A DNA stretch of 64,000 nt from the NCBI GenBank assembly GCA_031274525.1, contig JAISQA010000025.1, positions 1,294 through 65,293 on the forward strand, written 5' to 3'. This document shows positions 27,454 to 36,097 of the stretch, one piece after another. Position 1 is the stretch's first letter. Each line of letters opens with the position of its first letter. Below the pieces are notes generated by a model. It was not told where the DNA came from, made no database searches, and saw nothing but the letters and a program-made list of their open reading frames with translations. Both the position numbers and the translations under genes were made by a program. The DNA is from Candidatus Margulisiibacteriota bacterium (GTDB lineage: Bacteria > Margulisbacteria > Termititenacia > Termititenacales > Termititenacaceae).

Positions 27454-29742
27454 ATGTTTACCCCCCAGACGTTAAAAATACCGTCCAGTGCGTATACCTT
27501 TACGCTAAACAGCCTGAGCAGGCTCAAGCCTCTGAAGCCCGGCGTGTCTTTTCCCATGATCGATTCTTTTCCGCACGGCAGCCCGCTGGGCGGTTTCGGC
27601 GCGGGGACTTTCAGCCGCAGCCCTTACGGCGATTTTAATATCTGGCACCTTTTTCCGGGCGCGCATATTCACGAATCCCTGGAAGCCTGCGGTCTGGCCG
27701 TCTGGCGCAAAACCAAAAACAAAACCGCCGCCGCGCCTCTTTCGCTCCAGAATAAAAGCTGGCCCGGACAAAAACTTAAAGCCAGCCGCTGCCGTTATGC
27801 CGCGCTCTATCCGCGCTCGTGGTATGTCTATCCCGAAGTCCAGGCGGTCATCGAGCAATTCTCGCCGATCCTGCCGCATAATTACCGGGAAACCTCCTAT
27901 CCGGCCGCTTGTTTTAATGTGCAGCTCAGCAATCCCCGCAAAAGCCCGCAGGAAATCTCCGTGCTTTTTTCCTGGCAGAATATGCTGGGCTGGGGCCGTA
28001 CGCTCGGCGCCAACGCTACGGAACACCGTTTTAGCAAAAACGCCGCCGTCCGCCGCTGGAATGAACGCCGCGTCGATAATGAATACAAGGCAATCGTTTT
28101 CCAGAGCAGCTCCGCCGGAGCGGATACGCTGTCCGGCGAAATGTGTCTCATGACCTATGCCCCCGCCGGAGCGCTGGTGTCTTTTTGCACGCAGTATGAC
28201 ACCGAACAGCCGCCGGATATTATGTGGGAGCCGTTCGCGGCCAGAGGCGTGCTGCGGGATAATCTCGGCGAGGAATATGCCCAGCCGGCCGGGGCGCTGG
28301 CCGTAAAAGTGCTGCTCAATCCCGGCGAGACCATAACCATTCCTTTTGTTCTGACCTGGGACATTCCGCGTTACCTCAATGACCGCACCGCGCGCTATTA
28401 CACCAAATATCTGAACACCGACGGCAATAATGCCTTCGCTCTGGCGCGGGAAGTCCTGCAGCAGCAAAAAAAATACGCTCTGGACATCGCGCGCTGGCAG
28501 GCCGGGTTCAGCCGCAAAATGCCCCGCTGGCTGGCCGGGCAGCTGTTTAATGAATTGTATTATCTGGCCGACGGCGGCAGTGTCTGGGACGCGGACAGCG
28601 GCATGTATTCCTGTCTGGAGTGTTTGGATTATCCTTTCTACGAAACGCTGGATGTGCGTTTCTACGGCTCTTTTCCGCTGGCCAAATTCTGGCCGGAGAT
28701 CGAAAAAAGAATACTGCAGGAGTTCAGCAAAACTGTTTTTGCCGAAGATACGACTAAAATCACCTATCATGCGCAGGCCGCCGTGCTGCAGGATGTCGCG
28801 GTCAGCGGCGAGCATAACAAAAGTTTTGTGCAGAAAGACTACCGCAAACGCAAATATGCCCTGCCGCACGATCTGGGTTCACCGTTCGAGGAACCCTGGG
28901 CCAAACTAAACGCCTACACCTGGCAGAACACCAACCGCTGGAAAGACTTAAATTCCAAATTTGTCCTGCTGCTCTACCGCGCTTATTATTACAGCGGCAA
29001 AAAAGATCATGCTTTTCTGGCGGAGATCTGGCCGGGGCTGGTCAAAGCGATCGAGTATCTGGATACGCTGGACATAGATCAGGACGGCCTGCCGGAGAAT
29101 GAAGCGTTTCCCGACCAGACTTTTGACAACTGGCTGATGCACGGCACCTCCGCTTACTGCGGGATACTGCGCCTCGCCGCGCTGCAGGCGGGCATTCAAA
29201 TCGCCGAGGTCAGCGCGAAAAAAGAGCAGGCCAGGCAATGGCGGCTGCGGCTCAAAAAAGCCAGAGATTCCCTGAACCGCAAACTCTGGAATGGCAAATA
29301 TTTCCGTTTCGACGAACGTTCGGAAATAATCATGGCCGCGCAGCTGACCGGCCAGTGGTATCTGGAACAGCTGCGGCTGCCGTCCGTGCTGGAAGACAGC
29401 CAGATCGACAGCGCGCTGCGGCAGATCTATCAAAGAAATTTCCAGCGCATCGCGCGCGGCCGGCACGGTCTGGTCAACGGACGCACCGCCGACGGACTGC
29501 CGGTCAGCGCCTCGCAGGGCAATGACGCCTGGGTCGGCATAAATTACGCTGTTGCCTGCCACCTGCTCCTGCGCGGCCGGCGCCGGCAGGCGGAAAAAAT
29601 CCTGAAGTCAGTCACAGAGGCGCTGCGGCAGGGCGGTCTGCTTTTCCGCACGCCGGAAGCCTGGAACGCGCAGGAGCATTATTATATCGCCTCCATGTAC
29701 CAGCGTCCCGGGGTCATCTGGACGCTGGCGGACTGGTATTAA
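27454..29742 (+). CDS. Glycoside hydrolase family 116 (GBA2-type beta-glucosidase / glucosylceramidase-like)
   Basis: N-terminal PLGGFGAGTF...DFNIWHLFPG matches the GH116 N-domain. Size is ~760 aa with a C-terminal (alpha/alpha)6-type region. Confidence 0.65.
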   Translation: MFTPQTLKIPSSAYTFTLNSLSRLKPLKPGVSFPMIDSFPHGSPLGGFGAGTFSRSPYGDFNIWHLFPGAHIHESLEACGLAVWRKTKNKTAAAPLSLQNKSWPGQKLKASRCRYAALYPRSWYVYPEVQAVIEQFSPILPHNYRETSYPAACFNVQLSNPRKSPQEISVLFSWQNMLGWGRTLGANATEHRFSKNAAVRRWNERRVDNEYKAIVFQSSSAGADTLSGEMCLMTYAPAGALVSFCTQYDTEQPPDIMWEPFAARGVLRDNLGEEYAQPAGALAVKVLLNPGETITIPFVLTWDIPRYLNDRTARYYTKYLNTDGNNAFALAREVLQQQKKYALDIARWQAGFSRKMPRWLAGQLFNELYYLADGGSVWDADSGMYSCLECLDYPFYETLDVRFYGSFPLAKFWPEIEKRILQEFSKTVFAEDTTKITYHAQAAVLQDVAVSGEHNKSFVQKDYRKRKYALPHDLGSPFEEPWAKLNAYTWQNTNRWKDLNSKFVLLLYRAYYYSGKKDHAFLAEIWPGLVKAIEYLDTLDIDQDGLPENEAFPDQTFDNWLMHGTSAYCGILRLAALQAGIQIAEVSAKKEQARQWRLRLKKARDSLNRKLWNGKYFRFDERSEIIMAAQLTGQWYLEQLRLPSVLEDSQIDSALRQIYQRNFQRIARGRHGLVNGRTADGLPVSASQGNDAWVGINYAVACHLLLRGRRRQAEKILKSVTEALRQGGLLFRTPEAWNAQEHYYIASMYQRPGVIWTLADWY

Positions 29743-30125
29743 AAACCGCGCGCGTCCTGCTGAAAAGTCCGGGCCAGAATTTTGAGCGCCGCCAGCACGC
29801 CCGGCCGCTTTTCCGGCCGGAATTTGCGGAGCGCGCTCAGGGCCTGCAGCTCAAAAGTCTTTTGCCGCATGGAATTTTTATCCCGGGGCAAATCGTCCAG
29901 CTCCTTAAACCACCAGTCCAGCGTGACGCCGTATTTCCGGCTGATGCGCAGCAGCGTGCGCAGATGCGGCAGCCGCAGGCCTTTGAGAAAACGGAAATAC
30001 TCGCTCTTATCCAAATCCAGACTGTCCGCAATAGCCTCCATGGTGTGCCCGCTGTTTTTGCGCAGCAGAGACAGTTTTTCGCTAAACAATTTTTTCAAAT
30101 CGTCATCAGAAATCTCGTTATCCAT
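29739..30125 (-). CDS. XRE-family helix-turn-helix transcriptional regulator
   Basis: ...LRKNSGHTMEAIADSLDLDKSEYFRFLKG... is an HTH_XRE pattern. Divergent from the tail-collar protein gene. Confidence 0.6.
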   Translation of the reverse strand: MDNEISDDDLKKLFSEKLSLLRKNSGHTMEAIADSLDLDKSEYFRFLKGLRLPHLRTLLRISRKYGVTLDWWFKELDDLPRDKNSMRQKTFELQALSALRKFRPEKRPGVLAALKILARTFQQDARGF

Positions 30126-30150
30126 TCAGCACCTCTTTCTTATATGCTTA

Positions 30151-30178
30151 TTGACAAAACTTAACCGTTTGCTAGAAT
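30151..30178 (+). promoter_or_regulatory. Sigma70-like promoter TTGACA-16-TAGAAT for the MdpB-like gene
   Basis: Lies between two copies of TATATGCTTAT (30141 and 30208). AAAAGGGGG RBS before ATG 30246. Confidence 0.45.
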
Positions 30179-30245
30179 TATTGCAGGTAGCAAAGCGACA
30201 TCAGAATTTATATGCTTATAAGCAACAAATAAAAGGGGGATATAT

Positions 30246-31163
30246 ATGGCCGAAAAATATTCAGGGATAGCCAGAGGGAAACCGATGAACGCCAGCGATG
30301 TGGAGGGTGCGCTGGATCTCAAAGCCAATGCCAGCGAGATGACTGCCGCGCTGGCCTTGAAAGAAAACATCAGCAATAAAAAAACCAGTATATCCAGCAC
30401 CTCGGACACCGAGTATCCCACATCCAGAGCGGTGTCTACCGCGCTAGCCTTGAAAGAAAACGCCAGTAACAAAAAAACCAGCATATCCAGCACCTCGGAC
30501 ACCGAATATCCCACATCCAGAGCAGTAGCCACGGCTTTAGCGGCCAAAGCCGCGGCCAGCGACGTGAGCGCTTTACAAACGGCGGTCGGCGGCTTGCAGG
30601 CCAAACTGCCCGTGGGTACTATCCTGATGTACGACGGCACGGGCTGGGTGAATAACAGCACGCTGCCGGGCTGGTACCAATGCGACGGACAGAACGGCAC
30701 GCCGAATCTAACAGATCTGTTTATCCGGGGCGCGGCCAGCAGTGGCGGCACGGGCGGCGCGAATAGTCAGGAGATAAGCATAGGCACAAATAATTTACCG
30801 AAGCATACCCATACGCTGACCAGCACAAAGGTAACGGCCAATACAGCCGGAAATCACAAACACGGCCTGCGCAGCACCGAGCAGGATCTTGAGGAGGTGC
30901 ATGGATTTCAATGGCACCTTGTAATCGAATCCAGAAAAAATGCTATTGCGGTCAGCTGGGGTACCGGGATAATTACCGATTATTACGAAACTTTCAGGGA
31001 AACACCAGGCTCTTCAAATATGCTGGATGCCATGTCCACCACAGGCAGTCACAGCCATACAGTTTCCGGGACTACCGATGAAAACAGTTCTACGCAAAGT
31101 AAAATTACGGTGTCCACCGTGCCCGGCTATTATGCGGTGATTTACATTAAGCGCGTGGCTTAA
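30246..31163 (+). CDS. Phage tail-collar domain protein (MdpB-like / tail-fibre tip-like) with internal tandem repeat
   Basis: VGTILMYDGTGW...GWYQCDGQNGTPNLTDLFIRGA is the tail-collar signature. HTHTL, HKHGL and HSHTV are HxH motifs like Zn-binding fibre tips. Two 31-aa (93-bp) perfect-ish repeats at 30354..30539. Confidence 0.65.
   Translation: MAEKYSGIARGKPMNASDVEGALDLKANASEMTAALALKENISNKKTSISSTSDTEYPTSRAVSTALALKENASNKKTSISSTSDTEYPTSRAVATALAAKAAASDVSALQTAVGGLQAKLPVGTILMYDGTGWVNNSTLPGWYQCDGQNGTPNLTDLFIRGAASSGGTGGANSQEISIGTNNLPKHTHTLTSTKVTANTAGNHKHGLRSTEQDLEEVHGFQWHLVIESRKNAIAVSWGTGIITDYYETFRETPGSSNMLDAMSTTGSHSHTVSGTTDENSSTQSKITVSTVPGYYAVIYIKRVA
30354..30539 (+). repeat. 2 x 93-bp in-frame tandem repeat inside the MdpB-like gene
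   Basis: gccttgaaagaaaac...ccgcgcta repeated with about 8 mismatches. Encodes LALKEN(I/A)SNKKTSISSTSDTEYPTSRAV. Confidence 0.8.
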
Positions 31164-31202
31164 TTCAGCCCGGCGTAGGTGCTGGCCTGTGCTACATTTT
31201 CT

Positions 31203-32693
31203 CTACAACCTCCACTGCCAGCGTTTGCGCGGATAATCCAGCCGGTAATGCGAGCCGCGGCTTTCCCTGCGCCGCAGGGCGCCCCGCACGCAGAGTTTGG
31301 CGCAGAGCAGCAAATTATTTTCTTCCGGGGAACTGTCCGGTAATTCCTGTAATTGCTGCCAGATCTTTTCCAGTCCCGCGCGTTCCCGTACAATGCCGGC
31401 GTACTGCCACATCCCGTCCTGAATGGACGCGCGATTTCCAGCCGGTTGGTTTATTTTAACCGCGGCATAGCCGCCGGGCAGAGGCGGAGGGACACCCTTA
31501 CGGTTTTTTAAGGCAGCTTGAGCCGCACGCCGGCCAAAAACCAGACCCTCCAGCAGAGAATTGGAGGCCAGCCGGTTGGCGCCGTGCACGCCCGTGGAGG
31601 CACACTCGCCGCAGGCCAGCAGCCCGCGGATATTTGTCCTGCCCCAGACGTCCGTGGCAATACCGCCCATGGAGTAATGCGCCGCCGGGACGACCGGCAC
31701 CAGATCTTTGGCGATATTGATCCCCAGACTCTGGCACTGCCTGTAAATAGAGGGGAAACGCGCCCGCAGATCCACCGCCGCCGTCGTGAAATCCAGCAGG
31801 ACATGATCGGCATTGGTTTTCTGCATCTCGGCGACGATCGCCCGCGAGACCACATCGCGCGGCGCCAGCTCGGCATAAGGATGATAGTCCGGCATAAACC
31901 GCCGCCGCCGCACATTACGCAGCACCGCGCCCTCGCCCCGCACCGCCTCGGAGATCAAAAACTGCTGCTCCGCGCTCTGCGGCGCGTACAGCGAGGTCGG
32001 ATGAAACTGCACAAATTCCATATCGCGGATCCGCGCACCGGCGCGGCAGGCCAGCGCAATGCCGTCGCCCGTCAAAGCGGAGGGATTGGTATTGTACCTG
32101 AAGACCTGCACATAACCACCGGTGGCCAGAATGGTGTGGCGCGCCAGCACGGCAAACTGCCGGCCCGCGGACAGGAATATCCCGCCGCTACAGCGGCCGC
32201 GCCCTCTCAGCAATTCCAGACACCGGGTCTCCGGATAAACGGTCAGATTGCCCCGCGCATTTTTTTTTAAATACTGCGCCATGCCGCGCTCCACTTCCGC
32301 GCCGGTAGAGTCCCCGGCGTGCAGGATGCGGCGGTGCGAATGCGCGGCCTCCTGACCCAGCTCCAGACCGTCCTCGCCGCGGTCAAAGAACACCCCCATC
32401 TTCAGCAGTTCCGCCACGGCCGGGATGCCCTGCTGTACCAGCACGCGCACCGCCTGCCGGCGGCAAAGTCCCGCGCCGGCATACAGCGTGTCCCGGCAAT
32501 GAAATTCCGGCCGGTCCGTCCTGTCCATAACCACGGCGATGCCGCCCTGCGCCAGCTGGGTGGCGCTGATATTCGGCCGGCCCTTATGCACGAGCGTCAC
32601 CGTGCCGCCCTTGACGGCCTCGATCGCCGCCGCCAGCCCCGCCACGCCCGCGCCGATAATAAGCGTGTCTGTCTGATATATTTCTTTTATCAT
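31203..32693 (-). CDS. nadB: L-aspartate oxidase
   Basis: DTLIIGAGVAGLAAA FAD motif. GGIAVV..., HYSMGGI and RLDYP are NadB/fumarate-reductase flavoprotein signatures. 496 aa. Confidence 0.85.
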   Translation of the reverse strand: MIKEIYQTDTLIIGAGVAGLAAAIEAVKGGTVTLVHKGRPNISATQLAQGGIAVVMDRTDRPEFHCRDTLYAGAGLCRRQAVRVLVQQGIPAVAELLKMGVFFDRGEDGLELGQEAAHSHRRILHAGDSTGAEVERGMAQYLKKNARGNLTVYPETRCLELLRGRGRCSGGIFLSAGRQFAVLARHTILATGGYVQVFRYNTNPSALTGDGIALACRAGARIRDMEFVQFHPTSLYAPQSAEQQFLISEAVRGEGAVLRNVRRRRFMPDYHPYAELAPRDVVSRAIVAEMQKTNADHVLLDFTTAAVDLRARFPSIYRQCQSLGINIAKDLVPVVPAAHYSMGGIATDVWGRTNIRGLLACGECASTGVHGANRLASNSLLEGLVFGRRAAQAALKNRKGVPPPLPGGYAAVKINQPAGNRASIQDGMWQYAGIVRERAGLEKIWQQLQELPDSSPEENNLLLCAKLCVRGALRRRESRGSHYRLDYPRKRWQWRL

Positions 32694-32718
32694 AATGATG
32701 CTGTATTATATCCCCCTT

Positions 32719-34038
32719 ATGAAACTTTGCGTAATCGGCACCGGTTACGTCGGTCTGGTGGACGGCACCTGTTTTGCTGAAACCGGCAACGACGTGGTCT
32801 GTGTGGACTCCAACAAAGCCAAAATCGACTCTCTGCTGGCCGGGCAGCTGCCGATTTTTGAGCCGGGGCTGGCTGTGCTTGTCAAAAAAAATGTCGAAAA
32901 AAAACGCCTGTCTTTTTCCACGGATGTCCAGACCGCCGTGCAAAACGCGGATATTTGTTTTATCTCCGTCGGCACGCCGCCCGGCGAGGACGGCTCGGCG
33001 GATCTCCAGTATGTGCTGGCCGCAGCCGGATCTATTGGCAAAAATCTCAACGGCTACAAAGTCATAGTCGATAAATCCACCGTGCCGGTCGGCACTGCCG
33101 ATAAAGTCCGCGCGGCGATCGCCAGCCTGACCAAACAGCCGTTCGATGTTGTCTCCAATCCCGAATTTTTAAAAGAAGGCGCGGCGGTGGAGGATTTTCT
33201 CAAGCCGGACCGCATCGTTATCGGCACCGAGAGCGACAGAGCCTTTGCCGTAATGGAAAAACTTTACGCGCCGTTCGTGCGTATCGGCGCGCCGATTATC
33301 CGGATGTCCACGCGCTCCGCCGAGATGACCAAGTATGCCGCCAACGCCATGCTGGCCACGCGCATTTCTTTTATGAACGATCTGGCCAATCTCTGCGAGC
33401 TGGTCGGCGCGGATATCGATATGGTGCGCAAAGGCCTGGGTTCGGACTCGCGCATCGGCAAGCGATTTTTATTTCCGGGCATCGGTTACGGCGGCTCGTG
33501 TTTTCCCAAAGATGTCAAAGCGGTCATTCGCACCGCGCAGGAAAACGGCTATGAGCTGGAGCTGCTGCAGGCCGTCGAGCGCGTCAATGAAAAACAGAAG
33601 CTGACGCTGGTCGAAAAGATAAAAAAACATTACGGCAATGAGCTCTCCGGCAAAAAATTCGCCGTGTGGGGACTGGCTTTCAAGCCGCAGACCGACGATA
33701 TGCGCGAAGCCCCGGCGATAGTCATCATCCGCGCGCTGTTGCAGGCCGGAGCCCGGATCAGCGCCAGCGATCCGGAAGCCCTCGGCGAGGCCAGAAAAAT
33801 TTTCGGCGCCAAAATCGACTATCAGGAAGATAATTACGCCGCGCTGGCCGAAGCGGACGCCCTGCTTATTCTGACCGAGTGGCGGGAATACCGCGAGCCG
33901 GATTTTACGCGCATGAAGCAAGCCTTGAAAACCCCGCTCATCTTTGACGGCCGGAATATTTACAACAGTGTTTTGCTGCAGGAACAGGGGTTTACCTATT
34001 ATTCGATCGGCCGGCAGGCTCTGCAAAATCGCGCGTGA
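32719..34038 (+). CDS. ugd: UDP-glucose/nucleotide-sugar 6-dehydrogenase
   Basis: MKLCVIGTGYVG NAD-binding start (the track ORF begins 24 nt earlier at 32695). Catalytic region ...GGSCFPKD... Confidence 0.8.
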   Translation: MKLCVIGTGYVGLVDGTCFAETGNDVVCVDSNKAKIDSLLAGQLPIFEPGLAVLVKKNVEKKRLSFSTDVQTAVQNADICFISVGTPPGEDGSADLQYVLAAAGSIGKNLNGYKVIVDKSTVPVGTADKVRAAIASLTKQPFDVVSNPEFLKEGAAVEDFLKPDRIVIGTESDRAFAVMEKLYAPFVRIGAPIIRMSTRSAEMTKYAANAMLATRISFMNDLANLCELVGADIDMVRKGLGSDSRIGKRFLFPGIGYGGSCFPKDVKAVIRTAQENGYELELLQAVERVNEKQKLTLVEKIKKHYGNELSGKKFAVWGLAFKPQTDDMREAPAIVIIRALLQAGARISASDPEALGEARKIFGAKIDYQEDNYAALAEADALLILTEWREYREPDFTRMKQALKTPLIFDGRNIYNSVLLQEQGFTYYSIGRQALQNRA

Positions 34039-34094
34039 AAATTTCCAGAAAATAATCTAAAATACTTCCTATTGTAATTTAGGGTTAGCGCTTT

Positions 34095-34169
34095 GGCCTC
34101 ATCGTCTAATGGTCAGGACACGAGATTCTCAATCTCGTAATAGGGGTTCGATTCCCCTTGAGGCTGCCA
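34095..34169 (+). tRNA. tRNA-Glu (anticodon CUC)
   Basis: GGCCTCATCGTCTAATGGTCAGGACACGAGATTCTCAATCTCGTAATAGGGGTTCGATTCCCCTTGAGGCTGCCA. Anticodon stem CGAGA/TCTCG, loop TTCTCAA, encoded CCA. Confidence 0.8.
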
Positions 34170-34194
34170 CAGTAATTATTACTTAATGGTAATT

Positions 34195-34223
34195 TTGATA
34201 ATGCCTCTCCTGTAAGCTATAAT
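34195..34223 (+). promoter_or_regulatory. Sigma70 promoter TTGATA-17-TATAAT for the dcm-mig pair
   Basis: Near-consensus hexamers. GAGGAA RBS before ATG 34244. Confidence 0.5.
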
Positions 34224-34243
34224 AGTTATATTTGAGGAATTGA

Positions 34244-35257
34244 ATGTATAAAATACCAGAAATTACCTTTATCGACCTATTCGCCGGTATTGGCGGTATG
34301 AGAATGGCTTTTGATAAAGCTGGTTGCAAATGTGTATTTACTTCTGAATGGAATAAATATGCTCGGATAACCTATAACGAGAATTTTGGTGAACAACCTT
34401 ACGGCGATATTACCAAGATTAATGAAAATGATATTCCAGACCATGACATTCTGGTTGCCGGATTTCCCTGTCAGCCATTTTCTATTGCTGGTGTTTCTAA
34501 AAAAATCAGTCTTGGCAGAAGTCACGGTTTTTTAGATAAAACACAGGGAACTTTGTTTTTTGATGTAGCCAGGATCATTAAACAAAAAAGGCCAAAAATT
34601 GTTATGCTTGAAAATGTCAAAAATCTGGTCTCGCATGATAATGGTAATACATTTAAGACTATAAAAGATACACTGGAGTCGCTGAATTATACTGTGTCAT
34701 TCAAAATTTTGGATGGACAGCATTATGTTCCGCAACACAGAGAGCGTATCATTATTGTTGGATTAAACAGAGATACTTTCGGGAATGATATTGTATTCCA
34801 GTTCCCTGCATTGCCGAGTAAAGAATATAAGATAAAAGATATTTTAGAAAAGAAAGTTGATGTAAAATATACACTTTCTGACAAACTCTGGAAGTATTTA
34901 CAGAACTATGCCAAAAAACATCAGGAAAATGGTAATGGGTTTGGTTATGGGCTGGTTAATCTAAATAAGGTTTCCAGAACATTAAGTGCTCGTTATTATA
35001 AAGATGGTTCTGAAATTTTAATTCCACAGAGAAATAAAAATCCCCGACGACTTACACCCAGAGAATGTGCCAGATTGCAGGGATTTCCCGATACATTCAA
35101 AATAGTTGTGTCTGATACGCAGGCATATAAACAGTTTGGCAACTCAGTTGCTATGCCATTGATACACGATGTGGCAAAATCAATTGTGGACATATTAGCT
35201 TATACCAGACCGAGAAAAATACGCGAGGCTGAACCAGAACCAGTATTAGTGGGATAA
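34244..35257 (+). CDS. DNA (cytosine-5)-methyltransferase (Dcm-type)
   Basis: Motif I FAGIGG. Motif [10 protein letters not shown]. Motif VI LENVKNL. Motif [13 protein letters not shown]-terminal [13 protein letters not shown]...FGNSVAMPL. Confidence 0.9.
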   Translation: MYKIPEITFIDLFAGIGGMRMAFDKAGCKCVFTSEWNKYARITYNENFGEQPYGDITKINENDIPDHDILVAGFPCQPFSIAGVSKKISLGRSHGFLDKTQGTLFFDVARIIKQKRPKIVMLENVKNLVSHDNGNTFKTIKDTLESLNYTVSFKILDGQHYVPQHRERIIIVGLNRDTFGNDIVFQFPALPSKEYKIKDILEKKVDVKYTLSDKLWKYLQNYAKKHQENGNGFGYGLVNLNKVSRTLSARYYKDGSEILIPQRNKNPRRLTPRECARLQGFPDTFKIVVSDTQAYKQFGNSVAMPLIHDVAKSIVDILAYTRPRKIREAEPEPVLVG

Positions 35258-35383
35258 TTATATGAATTTGAAACAGGCTTCATCTACTACACCCAAAATC
35301 AAGAAAAGGAGTCAATTCAGGGTACGGTCTGGATTTCTGGCAAATCTATACCATAATAATGAGATAATTGATCTTAATACAAT

Positions 35384-36031
35384 ATGATCGATGAAAATGT
35401 TATTTCCAGTGAAATAATAAAACATCACCGGGAATATTTCAGGGATTTTCCCTGGAGAAAAAATATTTCTCCATATAAATTATTGATTGCAGAGTTAATG
35501 CTCAGGCGGACAAAGGCCAAGCAAGTTATTCCTGTTTATAATAATTTCATAGAAAAATATCCAGATATAAATTATCTGGGTTTAGCAAGATTATCTGACA
35601 TTCAGAAAATCATCCAGCCTCTTGGTTTACACTGGCGTGCGGAAAGTTTTATTGATTCTGTAAATTATATCCAAATAAAGCATAATGGCCAATTTCCTGA
35701 TACGGAGCAAGAAATTAAAAATATTCCGGGGGTTGGTAATTATATTACCGGCGCTATATTAACAGTTTGTTTTAAAACCAAATATCCTGTAATAGACAGT
35801 AATATCGCTAGATTTATAAATAGATATTATGGACTTGGCCTGTCAGGAGAAATTAGAAGAAACAAGCAGATACTGGTAAAAGCAAATGAATTGTTTTCTA
35901 TTAAAAATACAGAAAACTTATTATTCCCTTTAGTCGATTTTACTGCACTCATTTGCAAGCCAAGAAAACCGATTTGTGAAAATTGTTTTCTGAAAGAAGA
36001 TTGTATGTATTTTCAACATTTCCTGCTGTAG
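35384..36031 (+). CDS. HhH-GPD superfamily DNA glycosylase, MutY/Mig-like (predicted T:G mismatch glycosylase), 4Fe-4S
   Basis: HhH-GPD loop IKNIPGVGNYITGAIL...VIDSNIARF with catalytic Asp and no EndoIII-type Lys. C-terminal FCL cluster CKPRKPICENCFLKEDC (C-x6-C-x2-C-x5-C). Located immediately downstream of the C5-MTase. Confidence 0.7.
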   Translation: MIDENVISSEIIKHHREYFRDFPWRKNISPYKLLIAELMLRRTKAKQVIPVYNNFIEKYPDINYLGLARLSDIQKIIQPLGLHWRAESFIDSVNYIQIKHNGQFPDTEQEIKNIPGVGNYITGAILTVCFKTKYPVIDSNIARFINRYYGLGLSGEIRRNKQILVKANELFSIKNTENLLFPLVDFTALICKPRKPICENCFLKEDCMYFQHFLL

Positions 36032-36040
36032 TCTTTAATC

Positions 36041-36090
36041 CCATTTTGCCCGCCTGCTTGGGCTTCGCCCCCAAAATTTTTCGGCGGGAC
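36041..36090. repeat. Left ~50-bp GC-rich inverted repeat (IR-L)
   Basis: Its reverse complement gtcccgccgaaaaattttgggggcgaagcccaagcaggcgggcaaaatgg matches 42817..42866 at 47/50 positions. Confidence 0.75.
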
Positions 36091-36097
36091 GGCGGGA

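Noticed and set aside
36032-36097. Transposase or other ORF inside or next to IR-L
   Set aside because: The gap between the glycosylase stop and the AAA_13 fragment is only 66 nt and is fully occupied by the inverted repeat.
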